Shown here: positions 19,015 to 28,054 of the stretch, piece after piece
How positions within the stretch are numbered: position 1 is the first letter of the stretch
Layout: each line of letters begins with the position of its first letter
Source: Clostridia bacterium
GTDB taxonomy: Bacteria; Bacillota; Clostridia; Oscillospirales; Ruminococcaceae
Reading direction: 5' to 3'
Assembly: GCA_009929695.1 (NCBI GenBank)
Contig: RZZW01000011.1
Coordinates: forward strand, 159-64,158
DNA length: 64,000 nucleotides
The notes under the pieces: generated by a model
The model's database searches: none
Told to the model about the DNA's origin: nothing
What the model saw: only the letters and a program-made list of their open reading frames with translations
Position numbers and translations under genes: made by a program

Positions 19015-19770
19015 TTATAGCTGCTTTGTTAAAAAGTTTGCCGTGGCTTCTTCGCACGCGGCGCGGGCGGGAATACTGGCGAAATTGTGGTCGCCGCCTT
19101 CGATGTGTACAAATTCGCAATTATCGCCGTAAAGCTCGACATACTGCTCGCACGCGCCGTCGTCGACAAGCTTGTCGTTTGTGCCGCGGATGATTATTAC
19201 CGAGCCGTCGTAGCCTTTTGCGTCCTGCCAGGGGTTATATTTTGCAAGGTCGTAATTGAACGACATGTCAAAGCGCAGACCTTCAACGTCTGCCCAGCTT
19301 TGCCCGCTTTGCACAATTGCGTCGGCGCGCTCTTTGCAGCCGTACCACATGCCCGCACCGGGACATTGCAGCACGAGCGCTTTGGGGTTTAATTTCGGCG
19401 CGGCGCTTGCAGCCACAAAGCCGCCCATGCTTTGACCTGAAAGCCCTAGCCTGTCTGCGTCTGCCCACGGCTGAAGCTTTAGCCAGTTAAATAAATCCTC
19501 GGTGTTTTCGAGAAGTGATGTAAATGTCATATCCTCAAATTCGCCGTCGCTCTCGCCGTTGCCGTAAAAGTCAAAACGTGCGCAGCCTATTCCCTTTTGG
19601 GCTAAAGCGCGAGCCATGTGTGTGTAGGACGAGCGGTAGCCGCTGCGGCTGCCCATAAAGCCGTGCAGATGAAGCACGACGGGGGCTTTTTCTATGCCAT
19701 CAGGCAGTGTGATTATGCCGCGCAGTGTTTTGCCGTCGCGGTTGATTGCTTCTGCTTGGATAGTTGTCAT
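19015..19770 (-). CDS. Alpha/beta hydrolase, cinnamoyl/feruloyl-esterase-like
   Basis: HLHGFMGS oxyanion region, nucleophile elbow GQSMGG, RFDFYGNGESDGEFEDMT segment and C-terminal GGDHNF. ATG 19770 is preceded by GGAGG and follows the transporter TAA directly. Confidence 0.7.
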   Translation of the reverse strand: MTTIQAEAINRDGKTLRGIITLPDGIEKAPVVLHLHGFMGSRSGYRSSYTHMARALAQKGIGCARFDFYGNGESDGEFEDMTFTSLLENTEDLFNWLKLQPWADADRLGLSGQSMGGFVAASAAPKLNPKALVLQCPGAGMWYGCKERADAIVQSGQSWADVEGLRFDMSFNYDLAKYNPWQDAKGYDGSVIIIRGTNDKLVDDGACEQYVELYGDNCEFVHIEGGDHNFASIPARAACEEATANFLTKQL

Positions 19771-19773
19771 CAA

Positions 19774-21156
19774 TTATGCCTCCGACTTCTGCTGCGATTC
19801 AAGTGCTGCTTCGCGTTTGTCGGCAAGGGCTTTCAGCATTTCGGCTGTTTTCTTTTTTGTCAACGGATAAAGGAAATACAAAACAAGAACTGCCGCGAGG
19901 TAGCCTACTACATAGATGGCTGTGTAGGTTTTCCAGATATTGCCCGCAACCTGCTCGGTTTGGACGGCGGCGTTGACGTTATAGCCCGCGATTGCAAGCG
20001 CAAAGCTGCCCATGCTGCCCGAAACGGCGTTTGCAAGCTTGCGAAAGAACGTGTAGAACGAGTAGACAATGCCCTCGTTGCGCTCGCCTGTTGTTAGCTC
20101 GTGATAGTCGATAGAGTCGTTTACCATAGCCCAAATGAGAATTTGGAAGCCCGAAACGCCCATGTAGCATATGCCGTTGATGATAATGAAAATCATAGCG
20201 TCATTTATCGGGAAGAAGAACAGCACCGCGAAAACCAATACGCTGAACAGCGCGGAGCCCATTATCCATTCCTTTTTGCCAAACGCTTTTACTGCATATT
20301 TGATGCCGAAAAACGCGATAAGGCTCCACAGAACGCTTAACATACCGGAGATGCTCATGACCTTGACGTTGCCGAAATAATCCTTGAAAAGATATGTGTT
20401 GAGCGCGTTTACCATGCCTGCGCCGACTATGCCGATAAAGCTTGAAAGCATAACGCCGAGCAAGGCTTTGTTGCGCGAGACGTCCTTGATGATTGAGACG
20501 TAGTTCATTTTTTCTTTAGGACGCGGCGCGAGCACTACGCGTTCTTTGCACCAAGAGCAGGTGACCATGAGGCAGAGAAAACCGATTGCGGCGCAGATGG
20601 CGGACATGATGAGGAAGTTGCCCGCGACAGGCTGATTGTCCTTATAAAAGAAAAGCGGGCCTGCGATGACGATGACTGTCATGAAGATTGTGCCGCCGAG
20701 GCTGCGGTAGCGCGAGAGGTCTGTGCGCTGATTTGCGTCGTCTGTCATAACGCTTGAAAGCGTGCCGAACGGGACGTTGACGCAGGTGTAAAATATTTCA
20801 TATGTGACGTAAGAGACAAACATGTAGATGATTCTTGCGCCGTAAGCCCAGTTGCTCACGTTTACAAAGCCGAGCACGCACATGACGGCTGTGGGCAGTG
20901 CAAAAGCGCGAATCCACGGGATAAATTTGCCCTTGCCGGTATTTTTGTGGCTGTCAACGAGCGCACCGATGATGGGGTCGTTGATAGCGTCCCAAAACTT
21001 TGTGATGAGCATTAATATGCCGACGTGGACAGGGTTTACCTTTAGTACAAGTGTGTAAAAGACCGCCAAAAACATTGCGCGGAACTGCTCTGTGCAGCAG
21101 TTGCCTAAGTCGCCCAGTGTGTAGCCGAGCTTGTCCTTCATAGAAAAGGGTTTCAT
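19774..21156 (-). CDS. GPH-family glycoside/pentoside/hexuronide:cation symporter
   Basis: 460-aa, 12-TM-like protein with N-terminal KLGYTLGDLG and WDAINDPIIG motifs typical of MelB/GusB-type carriers. Confidence 0.8.
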   Translation of the reverse strand: MKPFSMKDKLGYTLGDLGNCCTEQFRAMFLAVFYTLVLKVNPVHVGILMLITKFWDAINDPIIGALVDSHKNTGKGKFIPWIRAFALPTAVMCVLGFVNVSNWAYGARIIYMFVSYVTYEIFYTCVNVPFGTLSSVMTDDANQRTDLSRYRSLGGTIFMTVIVIAGPLFFYKDNQPVAGNFLIMSAICAAIGFLCLMVTCSWCKERVVLAPRPKEKMNYVSIIKDVSRNKALLGVMLSSFIGIVGAGMVNALNTYLFKDYFGNVKVMSISGMLSVLWSLIAFFGIKYAVKAFGKKEWIMGSALFSVLVFAVLFFFPINDAMIFIIINGICYMGVSGFQILIWAMVNDSIDYHELTTGERNEGIVYSFYTFFRKLANAVSGSMGSFALAIAGYNVNAAVQTEQVAGNIWKTYTAIYVVGYLAAVLVLYFLYPLTKKKTAEMLKALADKREAALESQQKSEA

Positions 21157-21330
21157 AGTGCTTTCCTCCTTATTTGGGACGGCTTTCGTCCCTTACAGTT
21201 TGATTATAATATTTGCGCTGATAAAAAAACTGTTGAAAATTGATATAAAAGTATGGTATATTGATATTACAGCACATTTGTGCAAAAAGGACATTTTATT
21301 GAATATTTTTTGTAGTATTTATGAGGGCGT

Positions 21331-22149
21331 ATGGAAAAATACCGTGTGGAGACATTACAGCTTGACACAGCGGGCAGGCGGTCGCTTCAAGGCGGCGGGT
21401 ATTACAACATGTTTTTTATAGTGCGCGGGCAGTGCATTTTTAAATGGGGCGACGAGCGGCACGTGTGCGGCGTTGACGACATTGTGCTGATGAAGCCCGA
21501 CGAGAGCATGACGCTTGAGCACACGGGCGGCAGAGCGGCGGAGATAACGTGGGTGCGCGTGACGGCCTCGATGCTGCGGCGTTTGAGCGACGAAAAAAAC
21601 GACCTTGAAAAAAGCTTCAACGTCGTTCCTTTTAGGTGCGCAGCCATCCATGCGGGCAGCACGAGCGCACTTCTCATGAAAAATTTTGCGGGTAGATTAA
21701 AGGCAGGGGCGGCGGACAGCGAGGAGTTTGCAGAGGATATTTTTCAAAGCGGACTTTTGAGCCTGCTTGTGGTGCTTGTTTTGCGGTCCGGAATGCGGGC
21801 GGAATTTCGCACAAAGGACACCTTGCGCACGCATTTTATGGTGGACGAGGTGTTTGTGTATCTGCGGGCGCACTTCGCCGAGGAAGTTACGCTCGAAACG
21901 CTGTCGCGGCATTTTTACGTGAGCCGCGAGCACATAGCGCGTGAATTTAAGCGTCAAAGCGGCCAAAGCGTGCACGCGTACCTTGTGAAAATGCGCATAG
22001 ACTCAGTGTGCGAACAGCTTAACGCAGGGCAAAAGGTAGAGGAAGCCGCACGCATTGCGGGTTTTCAAAGCTACAGCGCGTTTTTGCAAGCGTTTCAAAA
22101 GCAGATGGGCTGCACACCGACGGGGTATAGGAAATTGCGTAAAACCTAA
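21331..22149 (+). CDS. AraC-family transcriptional regulator (cupin sensor domain plus AraC HTH)
   Basis: 272-aa ORF. The C-terminal double HTH ends with GFQSYSAFLQAFQKQMGCTPTGYR. Divergent from the transporter-esterase operon. Confidence 0.85.
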   Translation: MEKYRVETLQLDTAGRRSLQGGGYYNMFFIVRGQCIFKWGDERHVCGVDDIVLMKPDESMTLEHTGGRAAEITWVRVTASMLRRLSDEKNDLEKSFNVVPFRCAAIHAGSTSALLMKNFAGRLKAGAADSEEFAEDIFQSGLLSLLVVLVLRSGMRAEFRTKDTLRTHFMVDEVFVYLRAHFAEEVTLETLSRHFYVSREHIAREFKRQSGQSVHAYLVKMRIDSVCEQLNAGQKVEEAARIAGFQSYSAFLQAFQKQMGCTPTGYRKLRKT

Positions 22150-22562
22150 CGGACGCGCAATGCGCCCCCCTACAAATTGACGTGAATTGGCGGTGAACCG
22201 TAGGGGCGGATTCCATATCCGCCCGCAATCTCGCGCAAATTTGCGGTGTGGCACATTTGTAGGGGTCGATGTCCACATCGACTCGCAGCCGTGGCGATGT
22301 GCGAACCTATCGGACGCGCGAAGCTCGCCCCTACAAAGGTTGCTGTCTCCCCATAAAACCACATCATAGGGGACACATTGCCCTCTGCAAGAGCGTGACG
22401 TCGAGGACGCCGTCTCCTACAATTTGCCGTAAATGCACGGTAAACCGTAAATATTTCACCTCATCAGTCGCCTTCGGCGACAGCTTCCCCTCAAGGGGAA
22501 GCCTACGAAAGCCTTCCCCCTTGGGGGAAGGTGGCGCGACGAAGGAGCGACGGATGAGGTGA
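22150..22562. repeat. About 410-bp array of at least six GTAGGG-type hairpin units plus one 107-nt family D element
   Basis: Hairpin units at 22150-22174, 22199-22226, 22258-22285, 22311-22335, 22345-22377 and 22395-22421. The family D element spans 22456-22562. Confidence 0.9.
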
Positions 22563-22610
22563 GTTTGTATAATCCAAATCGTACGCGCAATGCACGTTGT
22601 AAATGTGTAT

Positions 22611-22856
22611 TTACATCTTCTTAACCGGATAGCACACCTCGGTGACTAATTCATCGGGGTTATTTGTTTGGGCGGGGCTTACGTGGTAGTTGCAAAACAT
22701 CGCAGCGTTAAACTCGTAGCCGCTGTTGCGCACCCAGTTTGCTACTGCTCTGTGCACATCTGTGCTTTTTGGCGCGAGCAAACCCAGCTCGTCGTAATGG
22801 CGCAGCATGCGTATACTAATTCTTGATAATTTTGAAAAATCACCTATTTTAAGCAT
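22611..22856 (-). pseudogene. MerR-family regulator remnant (HTH fused directly to the last part of a GyrI-like effector domain)
   Basis: 81 aa. MLKIGDFSKLSRISIRMLRHYDELGLL is a MerR HTH, and ...WVRNSGYEF...YHVSPAQTNNPDELVTEVCYPV is a GyrI-like C-terminus. The roughly 190 residues normally found between them are missing. Confidence 0.6.
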
Positions 22857-22898
22857 TTGTTTTTACCTCACAGACTGTGTTGTTTTGAGCTCATTGTC

Positions 22899-22929
22899 AT
22901 TATAGAGTATACCATAATGGGAGAGTCAA
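22899..22929 (-). promoter_or_regulatory. MerR-type promoter with 19-nt spacer
   Basis: On the minus strand, TTGACT (22929-22924), a 19-nt spacer, then TATAAT (22904-22899). It lies upstream of the MerR remnant. Confidence 0.6.
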
Positions 22930-23205
22930 GGGGTATTTTGCGGTATTTTGGTAAATTTGCGCTTAAAATTGTTGTTTTGATTGAAAAAGCCTTAATAATA
23001 AAGTAATAAATAGTTATAGTGATTAATGTTGGGAGATGTGGGCGTGGAGAACATTCTTAAAAGCTTTGGCGAATGCTATGATGCAAGTCCCTTTGCTTTT
23101 ACTGTTATCGAGGTGCTTACGAACGAGAGCGGCAAGGCGTATGACTTTGTTTCAAAATACATAAACGACGCGTGAGCCGCTATTATAGGCGCCCCGCGCG
23201 AAACG

Positions 23206-26200
23206 TTGACGGACAAAAAATGGCTTGATATATACTCTGATGTTGCGTTTAACGGCGCTTCGCGAAGCATTGTAGAATACAGCCCCGAAATAAAAAAATA
23301 TTTGATCGTACAGTGCTACTGTCCATTGCACGGCTACTGCGCGTGCCTGTTTAAGGACGTGACTGAGCAAAAGGAGCTTGAGGCATCGCTTAAAAACCAA
23401 GAGGCGTTTTACACCCTCGCGATGGAAAACATCGACATAAACACTTGGCAGTACAGCCTTGAGACAAACACGGCATACCTGACGGAAAACTCGGCTAGAG
23501 TGCATCATATAAAGTCGCTTGTGCTTGAGAATTTTCCGCAGTGTGTGCTTGAGATGGGCATTGTGAAAAAAGAGAGCACAGCGGATTTTTGGGCGCTGAC
23601 GGACGGCTTAAAAAACGGCGAAAAGCGCACTTCAAAAGACGTTTGGCTTTTTGACATTGAAAAGGCTGTGTACTGGTGTGAGAGAATAACCTACATAGCC
23701 ATATGCGACGAGAGCGGCAAGCCCGTGCGCGCCATAGGCATTGGCAAGGACGTGACGAACGAGAGCCGCGCTATCGCCGAAAAAAGGATAGTCGATATCG
23801 CGCTTGAAAACTCCGAGATACATATTTGGGAGCACGATATAATAAACAAACTCTCTATACAGTCATCGGATGTTATGGATATTTTTGGCGTGCCTAAAAT
23901 TATCGAAAACGCACCTGATGAGGAAATTCGCCTCGGAATAATTTGCCCCGAGAGCGCAAATGAATACCGCCGTATGCACAAAGAGATAGAAAACGGCGCA
24001 GAGCAGTCAAACGCTGAAATAAAAATGCGCAGACCCGACGGCAGCATCGTGTGGTATCAGCTTAACCTTACGACTATTTTTGACAGCGCACACAAGCCGA
24101 TTAAGGCTGTGGGCTGCGGCGTTGACATAACAAAATCAAAAAAGCTTGAAAAGCAATACAAAGAAGAGCTTGCATATCAAAACGCCGTGCAGAGCGAAAA
24201 CCTTATAGCAAAGGTGCGCTCGAATTTGACGAAGAATATTGTGGAGTCTTATGTCGCAGACCCCGGCATAGCTGTCGCTCAGGTGGGCTCATCTTACACC
24301 GAAAGTGCTACGAAGCTGGCGAACTCGGCATTTTCGCAGGAAGACCGCATAAAGCTTAACGAGGTTCTTGACAGAGAACGCGTTTTGCGGTCATTTGCAG
24401 ACGGCCAGACGGAGTACAGCTACAGCTATCGCCGCATAATAGATACCGGCTCGGTGATATGGGTAAACACCACCGTCAAGACGTATCAAAACCCTGAAAA
24501 CGGCGACGTTATGTCGTTTATGTACAGCTATGACATCAACGAGGAACGGCTGAAGGACGGCATAATTAAGACAGTCACCGAGGCTGAATATGACTATGTT
24601 ATGTGTGCAGATTTAAAGCACAACACCTACAAGCTGTATCTTGGGCACGAAAACAACATGATGATGCCGTCGTCAAGCGGCGATGATTTTGAGGGCATGG
24701 TGCGCGAGGTAAACCGCGCTGTGGCCTTGCCGGAGGATGTTGAGCGCGCGATATATGATATGTCGCCCGCAACTATACTTAAAAATCTTGAGACAAAAAA
24801 GATTTTTTCGTCTATTTACAACGCCTATAACGACGACGGTCAGGTGCGTCAAAAGCGCATAGAATACACATATCTTGACAAGGACAGCCAGCTTATAATC
24901 TTCACGCGCAGCGACGTGACGGAGCTTTTGCGCGAAAAGCAGGCGCAGCAGCAGGTGTTGCAGGACGCTTTATATGCCGCAGAGCAAGCAAACGTGGCGA
25001 AATCGGAATTTTTGTCGCGCATGAGCCATGAGATACGCACGCCGATGAACGCGATAATAGGCATGGCCGCCATAGCCGCGCAATATATAAACGACCCCGA
25101 CCAAGTGGCGGACTGCATATCAAAAATCGGTATCTCGTCGCGCTTTTTGCTGTCGCTGATAAACGACATTCTCGACATGAGCCGAATTGAGAGCGGAAAA
25201 ATGCTGCTTTCAAATGAGGAAATTCCGTTTGAGGAATTTTTGAACGGAATAAATTCGATATGCTTCACACAGGCCGACGCCAAAAATATCGACTACGAAA
25301 ATATTGTTGACCCGAATATCGCCGACTACTATGTGGGCGACGCAATGAAGCTGCAACAGGTGATAATAAACATTTTGTCAAACGCTGTGAAATTTACGCC
25401 CGAAAACGGCAAGGTATCGCTTCAGGTGCGTCAGGTGAGCGAAGAGGGCGGAGGCGCGATATTGCGCTTCACCGTGAACGACACGGGCTGCGGCATATCG
25501 GAGGAGTTTATTCCGCATTTGTTCGACGCGTTTTCGCAGGAGCATTCGGGGCTGACAAGCATGTATGGCGGCACAGGGCTTGGCCTTGCGATAAGCAAGC
25601 ACATGGTTGAGCTGATGGACGGCAAAATAGGCGTGCGCAGCATCGTAGGCGTTGGGACGGAGTTTACCATAGACGTAAAGCTTGGCATAAGCGAGCGCTC
25701 GCGCATACCGCGAGCAAAGAGGGCACGCTTTGACTTTTCTCAGCTAAACGCGCTTGTTGTCGATGACGACGTTATAATGTGCGAGCACTCCGTGATAACC
25801 TTGAAGGACATGGGGCTGAAGGCTGAATGGGTGGACAGCGGCAGGCAGGCTGTCGAGCGAGTGAAGCTTAAATGGGCGAAAAAGGAATATTTTGACCTTG
25901 TTTTGATAGACTGGAAAATGCCCGAGATGGACGGCATTGAGACGGCGCGTCAGATACGCGAGATTGTCGGGCCGGACGTGACGATAATAATAATGACGGC
26001 ATACGACTGGACGGCTATCGAGCACAAGGCGAAGATGGCGGGTGTGAACCTGCTGATATGCAAGCCGATATTTAAAACCTCGCTTATTTCCGCATTTCAA
26101 AAGACGCTTGGCGAGCATGAAGAAGACAAAGCGCCGGTGGTCAATAATTTTGATTTTACAGGTAAGCGACTGCTCATCGCGGAGGATCATCCGCTTAACG

Positions 26201-26544
26201 TTGAGGTGGCAAAAAAGCTGCTTGAGTGCAGAGGCTTTCTTGTTGAAGTGGCTGAAAACGGTGTGCGCGCCGTCGAGATGTACGCAAAGACACCGCCGCA
26301 TTATTACGACGCCATTTTGATGGATATTCGCATGCCTGAAATGGACGGTCTGCAAGCGGCAAACGCGATAAGGCACATGAGCAAAAAGACATCAAAGACA
26401 ATCCCGATTATCGCCATGACCGCCAACGCCTTCGAGGACGACATCAAAAAGTCCCACGAGGCCGGCATGAACGCCCATTTGGCAAAGCCAATAGAGCCGC
26501 AGCTTTTATACGTGACACTGGCGGAGCAGCTGGGGATGTTATAA
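23206..26544 (+). CDS. Hybrid PAS sensor histidine kinase with two C-terminal receiver domains
   Basis: 1112-aa ORF from TTG 23206. Multiple PAS repeats, H-box FLSRMSHEIRTPMNAI, HATPase GTGLGLAISKHMVELMDG, and REC domains with DWKMPEMDG and DIRMPEMDG. An in-frame ORF 23026-23172 upstream of TGA 23173-23175 encodes the missing first half of the first PAS domain. Confidence 0.85.
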   Translation: MTDKKWLDIYSDVAFNGASRSIVEYSPEIKKYLIVQCYCPLHGYCACLFKDVTEQKELEASLKNQEAFYTLAMENIDINTWQYSLETNTAYLTENSARVHHIKSLVLENFPQCVLEMGIVKKESTADFWALTDGLKNGEKRTSKDVWLFDIEKAVYWCERITYIAICDESGKPVRAIGIGKDVTNESRAIAEKRIVDIALENSEIHIWEHDIINKLSIQSSDVMDIFGVPKIIENAPDEEIRLGIICPESANEYRRMHKEIENGAEQSNAEIKMRRPDGSIVWYQLNLTTIFDSAHKPIKAVGCGVDITKSKKLEKQYKEELAYQNAVQSENLIAKVRSNLTKNIVESYVADPGIAVAQVGSSYTESATKLANSAFSQEDRIKLNEVLDRERVLRSFADGQTEYSYSYRRIIDTGSVIWVNTTVKTYQNPENGDVMSFMYSYDINEERLKDGIIKTVTEAEYDYVMCADLKHNTYKLYLGHENNMMMPSSSGDDFEGMVREVNRAVALPEDVERAIYDMSPATILKNLETKKIFSSIYNAYNDDGQVRQKRIEYTYLDKDSQLIIFTRSDVTELLREKQAQQQVLQDALYAAEQANVAKSEFLSRMSHEIRTPMNAIIGMAAIAAQYINDPDQVADCISKIGISSRFLLSLINDILDMSRIESGKMLLSNEEIPFEEFLNGINSICFTQADAKNIDYENIVDPNIADYYVGDAMKLQQVIINILSNAVKFTPENGKVSLQVRQVSEEGGGAILRFTVNDTGCGISEEFIPHLFDAFSQEHSGLTSMYGGTGLGLAISKHMVELMDGKIGVRSIVGVGTEFTIDVKLGISERSRIPRAKRARFDFSQLNALVVDDDVIMCEHSVITLKDMGLKAEWVDSGRQAVERVKLKWAKKEYFDLVLIDWKMPEMDGIETARQIREIVGPDVTIIIMTAYDWTAIEHKAKMAGVNLLICKPIFKTSLISAFQKTLGEHEEDKAPVVNNFDFTGKRLLIAEDHPLNVEVAKKLLECRGFLVEVAENGVRAVEMYAKTPPHYYDAILMDIRMPEMDGLQAANAIRHMSKKTSKTIPIIAMTANAFEDDIKKSHEAGMNAHLAKPIEPQLLYVTLAEQLGML

Positions 26545-26699
26545 AAGAAGAGATAAAAGAGAAGAAAGAAAAAATTAAGTAGAGCGTCTACGTGAGATTT
26601 ATATAAATCTTTTTGTAGACGCTCTACTTATTTGAATGTTATGGCGCAGCCATAACTCCATACTTTTTCTTTCTTCTCTCTTCTTTTTTCTTTTTTCTG
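26545..26699. repeat. Composite palindrome with polypurine/polypyrimidine arms enclosing two hairpins, between convergent genes
   Basis: Arms at 26545-26576 and 26664-26699 share gagaagaaagaaaaa. Perfect 13-bp inverted repeat gtagagcgtctac / gtagacgctctac (26579-26591 / 26615-26627). Hairpin gttatggcgcagccataac (26638-26656). Confidence 0.85.
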
Positions 26700-28054
26700 C
26701 TAAATCGAAAACAAATCGTTGAGTGCTTCCGTCATTGTTGGGTGAGTAAAGATGTTGTCGCGGAGATACTGATAAGTGGCGTCAAAATCCATTGCGGCTT
26801 TGACGGTGTTTATCATTTCATACGACTCCTCGCAGAGAAGCATCACGCCGAGAATTTTGTCTGTTTTTGCGTCGATAACGGCTTTGAGCATGCCCTGCGT
26901 TTTGTTTAGCACCTGCGCTTTTGGAATTGCGGCGGCGGGCATTTTGGCGATTTTTACTTCGTAGCCCGCTTTGACTGCCTCGCGCTCGTTTAAGCCGACG
27001 CGTGCGAACGGTGTTGCCATGAACACGCTGTACGGCACGTTTTGTCTTGCGTTCAGGCTGTAATCTCCCGCGCCGTTAAGCTGCTTTGCGACTATGCGAT
27101 AGTCGTCGAGCGATGTGTAGGTGAACTGCAAGCCGCCTGTCACGTCGCCCATTGCCCAAATGCCGGGCTGTGTCGTGCGCAAAAGCTCGTCCACCTTTAC
27201 AGCGCCGCGCGGTGTCGTTTCAACATTTGCCGCGCTCAAATTTAAGCCGTCTGTGTTAGGGCGGCGGCCTGTGGCGATGAGAATTGCGTCAGCTTTGTCG
27301 CCGTACTGCGCGCCCTGCCATTCATATGAAACCGTGCCGTCTTTAGCTACGCCTTGTATTTTTGCGCCAAGTTTAAGCTGTATCCCCTGCCCTTCGAGCG
27401 TTTTGCGAATGGCGTCCGCGATGTCGTCGTCCTCGCGCGGGATAAACTGCTCGGTGTCCTGCAAAACTGTGACCTTTGAGCCAAAGTTTGCGTACATTGA
27501 CGCAAATTCAAGCCCTATGTAGCCTCCGCCGATGATTACAAGCTGCTTTGGCAATGCTTCAAGCGACATTAGTGTGTCGCTGTAATATACGTGCTCGTTA
27601 TTTTCAATGCCGTCGATTTTGGGAATGACGGACGTTGAACCTGTGTTGATGAAAATATTATCGGCGGTGAGCGTAAATTCTTCGCCTGCCGTTTTGACGC
27701 TGACCGTTTTGCGTCGACAAATGCAGCTGTGCCGTTTATGACGGTGACGTTTGCGTTGTCATTTAGCTTGTCGAAATTCTTCTTGCGCAGCATCGAGGTC
27801 ACGCGCTCTCTTTCGGCCACTGCGGCGGCGTAGCGAGATGTTTTCTTGTCGAAATCGTCCTTTTTGTGTGCGGCTGACGCGGCGGCGCTGTGCACGAGAG
27901 ATTTTGACGGTATGCAGCCCACGTTTATGCAGGTGCCGCCGTACATTTTGTCTGATTATTCTATGAGCGCGACCTTTTTGCCCTTTGCGGCAAGGCTGCC
28001 GGCGAGCGTTTTACCGCCCTTGCCAAAGCCGATTATTATTGCGTCATAATTCAT
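26700..28054 (-). pseudogene. Class I pyridine nucleotide-disulfide oxidoreductase (redox-active CxxxxC), disrupted by an ochre codon and a frameshift
   Basis: MNYDAIIIGFGKGGKTLAGSLAAKGKKVALIE-TAA(27956-27958)-SDKMYGGTCINVGCIPSK. Frameshift in the run 27707-27710, after which the frame continues TVSVKTAGEEFTL...VIIGGGYIGLEF. C-terminal dimerisation motif THPTMTEAL. Confidence 0.85.

Noticed and set aside
22150-22562. The hairpin arrays here, at 29026-29238 and at 49115-49302 could be CRISPR arrays.
   Set aside because: - The units are palindromic hairpins in mixed orientations.
- Their sequences and spacing are variable, with no constant direct repeat or unique spacers.
- No cas genes are nearby.
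22003-22562. ORFs from the six-frame track that lie inside repeat clusters. These are 22003..22362, 22019..22276, 22170..22376, 22187..22369 and 22269..22562, and also 28969..29211, 29077..29313, 49077..49268, 49130..49342, 18809..19132 and 54228..54539.
   Set aside because: They consist of translated repeat units (recurring strings such as CHSE.SEES, GASCARP and GRIWNPPL). They have no RBS and no domain-like sequence, so they are artefacts of repeats.
23173-23175. The in-frame TGA in the kinase could be a selenocysteine codon.
   Set aside because: I see no convincing stem-loop immediately downstream (gccgctattataggcgcc does not fold into a SECIS-like hairpin). The paralogue has Gly, not Cys, at this position.
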